This document shows, one piece after another, positions 59,486 through 64,000 of a DNA stretch of 64,000 nucleotides. The position numbers and the translations under genes were made by a program. Source of the stretch: an uncultured Clostridia bacterium (GTDB lineage Bacteria > Bacillota > Clostridia > TANB77 > CAG-465); NCBI GenBank assembly GCA_934130325.1, contig CAKOYA010000003.1, positions 701-64,700 of the forward strand, read 5' to 3'. The notes under the pieces were generated by a model that did no database searches, was not told the origin of the DNA, and saw only the letters and a program-made list of their open reading frames with translations. Each line of letters opens with the position of its first letter. Within the stretch, counting starts at the first letter, position 1.

Positions 59486-61078
59486 TCAATCTCCAAAGTA
59501 AAAGATCTCTGGATCAGATTCCCAAATCTGTGTTCCATCCACTAATACTCTGATCACAAGACAAGTTGTTCCTCCTTTTTCCTCCATACCTTGGACTTTA
59601 TAGGTTGCCCAAGTTGAATCACTTGCAACTTTTTCCAGTTCTGCTACATAATCAGAATCTGCGTTCAGTACAACCTTACAGTCATCATTTATGCCTTTGA
59701 TTGTAAATGTAACAGTTCCTGTATCATTGTTGGCTGCCCACTCCACTTCTGGATCAAGATTTGTGTGAATATTCATATTTGTAACACGAATTTCAACCTT
59801 TACTTGTTGTCCTTCAGACTTTGCGGTGATCACCGCATTTTGTTTGTCTTTAGTGGCCTTCTTACCAGTTATTACTGTACCACTTAATTTTATAAATTCC
59901 TCATCATCAGTCTTGATATCCAGATCTCCAGGTATGTTCAATAAATAATCAATTATATCAATCGAATCCCCAACCTGAATGCTTATTACACTCTGAGTCG
60001 ATTTCATTTTTTTAGTTGGCTCAGTTGTTGGTTTTGTTGTCGGTTCAGTTGTTGGCTCAGTTGTCGGTTTTGTTGTTGGATTTACATCATCGTCACTGCC
60101 TGATTTTATTACATTAATCCAGATGTAATCTGACATATCATTGCATGTAGCTGATATTTTGCATTTTCCTTTTGCTTTTGGTGTTATAACACCATTTTTG
60201 TCAACTTTTGCAACGTCTGTATCACTTGATTTCCAAGTTGCGTCCGAATTAATAAATCCTGAAATATCAGTGTCAACCTTTACTTTATACCTTCTGCCTA
60301 CATACAAGTTTTCATCAAACTCTCTTAACGAAAACTCACTACCTTCATCATCTTCTCTTTCAAGCCAAACCCAATATGAATCATTGATACCGTCTATAAA
60401 TTCGTCAAGATCTAATACTTCACCTTCAAAATAACATATTCTGAAGAAAACTATCAACATGTCCTGGTACTCAAAGGTATCGTCAACACCAAATTCATTT
60501 CTCGAATAGCCTTCCATAACACCCCAAGATGCGATATTATCTATCGTATCTTGTGCCCAATGACCTCTTGTATCCCTGAAACTTGAAGTGTAATTGTCTT
60601 CCAATTCCACACCCATTTTATTGATAGCTCTCTCAAAGAAAGCTGCCATTTCGGCACGTGTTGCCGAATCACCCAAGTAAGCATACAAGCCGCCGTCTTC
60701 TTCCTTGTTTCCTTTTAATACCCCAATTTTTGTAGCTTTAGCAATTAATTCAATTTGCTCAGCATCGTAATATCTTAAAATATCACGATAGTCTTCAAAT
60801 TTCCTTATTATGTCCTCATCGACATTTTTTATACTACCGTATAACTGCTCATACAGGTGGACAACTGTAACTGCAGCGTGATATCTTGTAACATCATCAG
60901 TTGCATCCACGTCGTCTTCACCGATTTCCATTGTAAAGGAGTTTTTTACAGCCTTCTTTACATAGGCGTCCCCCCACTCGTTTCTTGCAGCAAATACTGC
61001 ATTTGACATAAATGATACCAAAATAAGTATAACCGCTGTAATTCTAGTAATTCTTTTATTTGTATTATATTCTTTCAT
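59486..61078 (-). CDS. Secreted surface protein with SLH domains, a Big_2 repeat and a Pro/Thr-rich linker
   Basis: The start was refined to MKEYNTNKRITRITAVILILVSFMSNAVFA. FRDTRGHWAQDTIDNIASWGVMEGY is an SLH motif. Other elements are DTDVAKVDKNGVITPKAKGKCKI and PTTKPTTEPTTEPTTKPTTEPT. Confidence 0.7.
   Translation of the reverse strand: MKEYNTNKRITRITAVILILVSFMSNAVFAARNEWGDAYVKKAVKNSFTMEIGEDDVDATDDVTRYHAAVTVVHLYEQLYGSIKNVDEDIIRKFEDYRDILRYYDAEQIELIAKATKIGVLKGNKEEDGGLYAYLGDSATRAEMAAFFERAINKMGVELEDNYTSSFRDTRGHWAQDTIDNIASWGVMEGYSRNEFGVDDTFEYQDMLIVFFRICYFEGEVLDLDEFIDGINDSYWVWLEREDDEGSEFSLREFDENLYVGRRYKVKVDTDISGFINSDATWKSSDTDVAKVDKNGVITPKAKGKCKISATCNDMSDYIWINVIKSGSDDDVNPTTKPTTEPTTEPTTKPTTEPTKKMKSTQSVISIQVGDSIDIIDYLLNIPGDLDIKTDDEEFIKLSGTVITGKKATKDKQNAVITAKSEGQQVKVEIRVTNMNIHTNLDPEVEWAANNDTGTVTFTIKGINDDCKVVLNADSDYVAELEKVASDSTWATYKVQGMEEKGGTTCLVIRVLVDGTQIWESDPEIFYFGD
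60012..60080. repeat. Tandem ~12-15-nt coding repeat (PTT[K/E] linker)
   Basis: GTTGGCTCAGTTGTTGGTTTTGTTGTCGGTTCAGTTGTTGGCTCAGTTGTCGGTTTTGTTGTTGG. Confidence 0.7.
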
Positions 61079-61335
61079 TATTCTCTCTCCTCTAATTTTA
61101 GTCGTTGTGGATAAGTTACTATATATTAAGTCCTTATGGACGAAAACGAATTTATTGTATATAAAACTTGGGTTTCCAAGTATAATAAAGTAATTAATAA
61201 TCAAAATTTTTCAATTGCAATTGTGTGACCCTAAAATTTCATGTCACTTATATATTTCATCTGATATTATTATAACATAATTTACATAATGTGTCAATAC
61301 ATTTTTAAAAATAATTATGTAATCTTTTAATATAA

Positions 61336-61366
61336 AAAATAATAGAATAGGATTTTTTCCTATTCT
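61336..61366 (-). terminator. Terminator overlapping the tdk stop codon
   Basis: TAGAATAGGA-aaaaa-TCCTATTCTA, then TTATTTTTT, on the minus strand. Confidence 0.65.
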
Positions 61367-61938
61367 ATATTATAGCCTATATATTTTTTATAACACTTTC
61401 TACATACAGATTTATATGAATCATTTCCACCTATTAATATTTGTGAACCATTTGTTATAGCCTTACCATCAACAAACCTCATATTTATTGTAGCCTTTGC
61501 ACCACATTCGCATATTGTTTTTATTTCCTCTATTTTATCTGCTATTTCCATTAAATGTTTTGAACCTTCAAAAAGTTCCATCCTAAAATCTGAACGTAGT
61601 CCATAACAAATTACTGGAATATCTAAATAATCAACAATATCACCCAATTCATAAACTTGTTTTTTAGTTAAAAAACTACATTCATCAACTAAAATACAGT
61701 CTACTTTTTGATTTAAATCTTTAACATATTTATATATATTAAAATCCCTACTTATTATTATTGCATCTCTTTGTAATCCAACTCTTGTAGTTATTTTTCC
61801 TACGCCATATCTATCATCAAGCGCTGAAGTAAATATTAATACTTTTTGACCTCTTTCTTCATAATTATATGCTACTTTTAGTAAATCAATTGTTTTTCCT
61901 GATCCCATAGCACCATATCTAAAATATAATTTCGACAT
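61360..61938 (-). CDS. tdk: Thymidine kinase
   Basis: GAMGSGKT, VDECSF, and the C-terminal Zn cysteines CECG...CRKC. Confidence 0.92.
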   Translation of the reverse strand: MSKLYFRYGAMGSGKTIDLLKVAYNYEERGQKVLIFTSALDDRYGVGKITTRVGLQRDAIIISRDFNIYKYVKDLNQKVDCILVDECSFLTKKQVYELGDIVDYLDIPVICYGLRSDFRMELFEGSKHLMEIADKIEEIKTICECGAKATINMRFVDGKAITNGSQILIGGNDSYKSVCRKCYKKYIGYNIE

Positions 61939-61955
61939 GTTAAAATCCCCCTTGT

Positions 61956-62339
61956 TTAATTTTCAGAATCTATACCTATTTCTTTAGCCCATTTCTTTTC
62001 ATCATCACTAAAACCACTTTTTAAAACCAACTCACCATTTTTTATTTCAAATTTCCCTTGATACTTAGGATTATCTCTTATTATTTCTAAATTATTTAAA
62101 TCCTCTGTTTTTAAATTATTTCTATCGTATTCACCAAAATTGTTAAAACTTTGTGATGCAACATACGAATCAATTTCTGATTGTATAGCTTTTAAATCAT
62201 TTTGAAATGTTGATTTTTTTGCATTTCCAATTTGGTTATTATTAAGTGATAAAACTACAGCCGATGCTAAAATAATCATTATAATTATAGTTATCAAAAG
62301 TACTATTAAAGATACTCCATAGCTTCTTTTTCTAGTCAT
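61956..62339 (-). CDS. Prepilin-like N-terminus protein (paralog P3), short form (127 aa)
   Basis: MTRKRSYGVSLIVLLITIIIMIILASAVVLSLNNNQIGNAKKSTFQNDLKAIQSEIDSY. The RBS is GAGGTGGAAATTA-ATG. Confidence 0.65.
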   Translation of the reverse strand: MTRKRSYGVSLIVLLITIIIMIILASAVVLSLNNNQIGNAKKSTFQNDLKAIQSEIDSYVASQSFNNFGEYDRNNLKTEDLNNLEIIRDNPKYQGKFEIKNGELVLKSGFSDDEKKWAKEIGIDSEN

Positions 62340-62546
62340 TTAATTTCCACCTCTGTAAAATTATATATTATTATATAACTTTATTCAACAAATATATTAA
62401 TTTTTCTTATCTAATATATTATTTTATATAATTTTACATCGAACTATTTATCCCATCAGCAATTATTGAAGACATATCTACAATTATTTCAGTTTTTATG
62501 TGTCAAGTATTATAAGTTTATATCTCAAAAAATTTCCATAAAAAAA

Positions 62547-62576
62547 GCTTTGAGCCTAATTTCCTAAACTCAAAGC
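62547..62576 (-). terminator. Terminator downstream of the yhcG-like gene
   Basis: GCTTTGAG-loop-CTCAAAGC followed by T7 on the minus strand. Confidence 0.6.
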
Positions 62577-62588
62577 AAAATTTTTTCA

Positions 62589-62612
62589 AATTGTCCAGAC
62601 GTCTGGACAATT
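62589..62612. repeat. Perfect 24-bp palindrome AATTGTCCAGACGTCTGGACAATT (copy A, intergenic)
   Basis: Read directly from the sequence. It is GC-rich in an AT-rich spacer, and its centre is GACGTC. Confidence 0.9.
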
Positions 62613-62623
62613 AAATATTAATA

Positions 62624-63649
62624 TTAATCTTTTGATTCTTCTTCATTTTCGTTTATAACTTTTTCTACTTGTGCAATTAATTCTTGTTTATCTGGCATAT
62701 AGTATGTATAATTTGAAGCAAATAAGTTATTATTAATTCCACCTAAACTATATTCAGCAACCACATTGTCTTTTTTTGCACATAATATTATTCCAATAGG
62801 TTTATTATCTTCCGTATCATTAACTTCTGTTTCATAATAATTAAGATACATATTCATTTGTCCCATATTTTCTGGTTTTAACTTTCCCATTTTTAAATCA
62901 ATTAAAACATAACATTTTAAAATTTTATTATAGAAAACCATATCAACATAATAATGTGTATTATCTATTGTTATTCTTTGTTGCGATCCCACAAACATAA
63001 AACCTTTTCCTAATTCCAGTAGAAAATCCTCCAATTGTCTAATTAATTTGTATTCTAAATCTTTTTCTAATAAAGGTTTTTCCTCTTTTACTCCTAAAAA
63101 TTCAAAAACATAAGGTTCTTTTATTATATCTTTTGGTTGCTCTATAATTTGACCTTCTTTTGCCCATTGTAAAACTTTTTCTTTATTAGCTTTACCATCT
63201 GATAACAATAGTCTTTGATAAAGTCCACTTTCAATTTGTCTACTTAATTCCCTAGTTGACCAATTTGAATTAGCTGTTTCTTTTTCATAAAATTTTCTTT
63301 CATTTTCATCTTTTATCCCTATTAATTCACAATAATGAGACCAGCTCAATCGTCCAGACGTCTGGACAATTGGATAAGTTATGTAAAAATTTCTCATATT
63401 AAATAAATTTGAACGTGAATATCCTTTTCCCATTTTCTTTGTAAGTCTTTTAGATAATTCAATATAAAGTTTTCTTCCATATTCTGGAGTAATATCTCCT
63501 CCTTGTTCTTCTTCAACAATCATTTTTCCAACATTCCAATAATAGTTAATCATTTCTTGTCTAACATTATTATAAACTCTTTCTCGTGTTTGCATTGTAT
63601 AATCTATAATATTATTTACTAATCTATCTAAAATAGCATTTTCATTCAT
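62624..63649 (-). CDS. PDDEXK nuclease-fold protein of the YhcG/DUF1016 family
   Basis: INYYWNVGKMI...EYGRKLYIELSKRL...GYSRSNLFNMRNFY...LSWSHY...YVDMVFYNKILKCYVLIDLKMGKLKPENMGQMNMYLNYY. Confidence 0.8.
   Translation of the reverse strand: MNENAILDRLVNNIIDYTMQTRERVYNNVRQEMINYYWNVGKMIVEEEQGGDITPEYGRKLYIELSKRLTKKMGKGYSRSNLFNMRNFYITYPIVQTSGRLSWSHYCELIGIKDENERKFYEKETANSNWSTRELSRQIESGLYQRLLLSDGKANKEKVLQWAKEGQIIEQPKDIIKEPYVFEFLGVKEEKPLLEKDLEYKLIRQLEDFLLELGKGFMFVGSQQRITIDNTHYYVDMVFYNKILKCYVLIDLKMGKLKPENMGQMNMYLNYYETEVNDTEDNKPIGIILCAKKDNVVAEYSLGGINNNLFASNYTYYMPDKQELIAQVEKVINENEEESKD
63348..63371. repeat. Near-identical copy B of the palindrome (AATCGTCCAGACGTCTGGACAATT), inside the yhcG-like CDS
   Basis: It matches copy A at 23 of 24 positions and encodes IVQTSGR on the minus strand. 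Confidence 0.9.
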
Positions 63650-63740
63650 ATTATTTTTACCTCTTCGTGATTTTAATAATCTTTTATTGACTATTACTAT
63701 ATCATAAAATTCAAAATTTTTCCATCAAAATTGCAAAGTT

Positions 63741-64000
63741 TTAAACATATATTAATTCTTTTAGTATAATCTCCCCAACTTGTTGCTTAATTGCATTCAT
63801 AGTTCCTACCCAATATAACGGATCAGAGTTTTTCATTTCTTCTGTTAAATCACTTCTTGCTTTTAATTATTCAATAATTTGATTTACTCTTTTAGTGGCT
63901 GTTTCTTGTATTTCTTTCAAGTGTTTATTAAGTTTGTCCTCTATAAATAAAATTGTATATTCGGCTTTCTCATGTTCTTTCAAATATCTTAATCTCATTC
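63741..64000 (-). pseudogene. tnpV: tnpV-like (transposon-encoded protein TnpV) with an in-frame TAA (63867-63869); the 5' end is beyond the window
   Basis: The minus strand reads ...RLRYLKEHEKAEYTILFIEDKLNKHLKEIQETATKRVNQIIE*LKARSDLTEEMKNSDPLYWVGTMNAIKQQVGEIILKELIYV*, resembling Tn4451-type TnpV. Confidence 0.65.

Overview
This is a very AT-rich window from an endospore-forming Firmicute of the Clostridia type, judged from spoIIE, a spoVB-like gene, the ctsR-mcsA-mcsB-clpC operon and SLH surface proteins. Hand counts of single 60-nt lines give about 12% G+C in a spacer and 18% in a coding stretch. All calls come from reading the sequence and the ORF track by eye, with no searches.

Most of the window is housekeeping. 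On the minus strand: secA (5' part), mcsA-mcsB-clpC, spoIIE, scpB-addB, trmB, rnr, secG, an ABC-F ATPase, hup, recN, obg, trpS, rnj and tdk. On the plus strand: mscL, an rluA-family gene and asd. There are four tRNA genes: Gln-UUG, His-GUG, Gln-CUG and Arg-UCU.

Accessory or decaying patches sit between these genes:
1. ctsR carries a nonsense codon and a 1-nt insertion, and an IS3-type end remnant abuts its promoter.
2. Three paralogous proteins share a non-canonical prepilin-like N-terminus (G|I/V-S-L-I-V-L, no Glu+5, conserved xSNAK) with different C-terminal heads. One is interrupted and tail-fibre-like, one has an FGE/SUMF1 domain, and one is short.
3. A BfiI-like PLD plus B3-like protein has HxK replaced by NxN.
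4. A high-GC islet lies at about 20.7-22.9 kb.
5. A 97-bp inverted repeat made of tRNA-Gln 3' halves plus terminators brackets a 1.4-kb cassette, followed by dinD and aldo/keto-reductase pseudogenes.
6. A Wzy_C (O-antigen-ligase family) membrane protein lies divergent to two Cys-rich collagen-like (BclA-like) genes.
7. A single-gene beta-CASP islet faces rnj.
8. A 24-bp perfect GC-rich palindrome is duplicated in and just after a yhcG-like nuclease gene, next to a tnpV pseudogene.

I saw no CRISPR array, reverse transcriptase, integrase, intact transposase, rRNA or recognisable riboswitch. No single feature is demonstrably a new system. My best candidates are the prepilin-like modular family, the inactivated BfiI-like protein, the tRNA-bracketed cassette and the Wzy_C/collagen-like locus.
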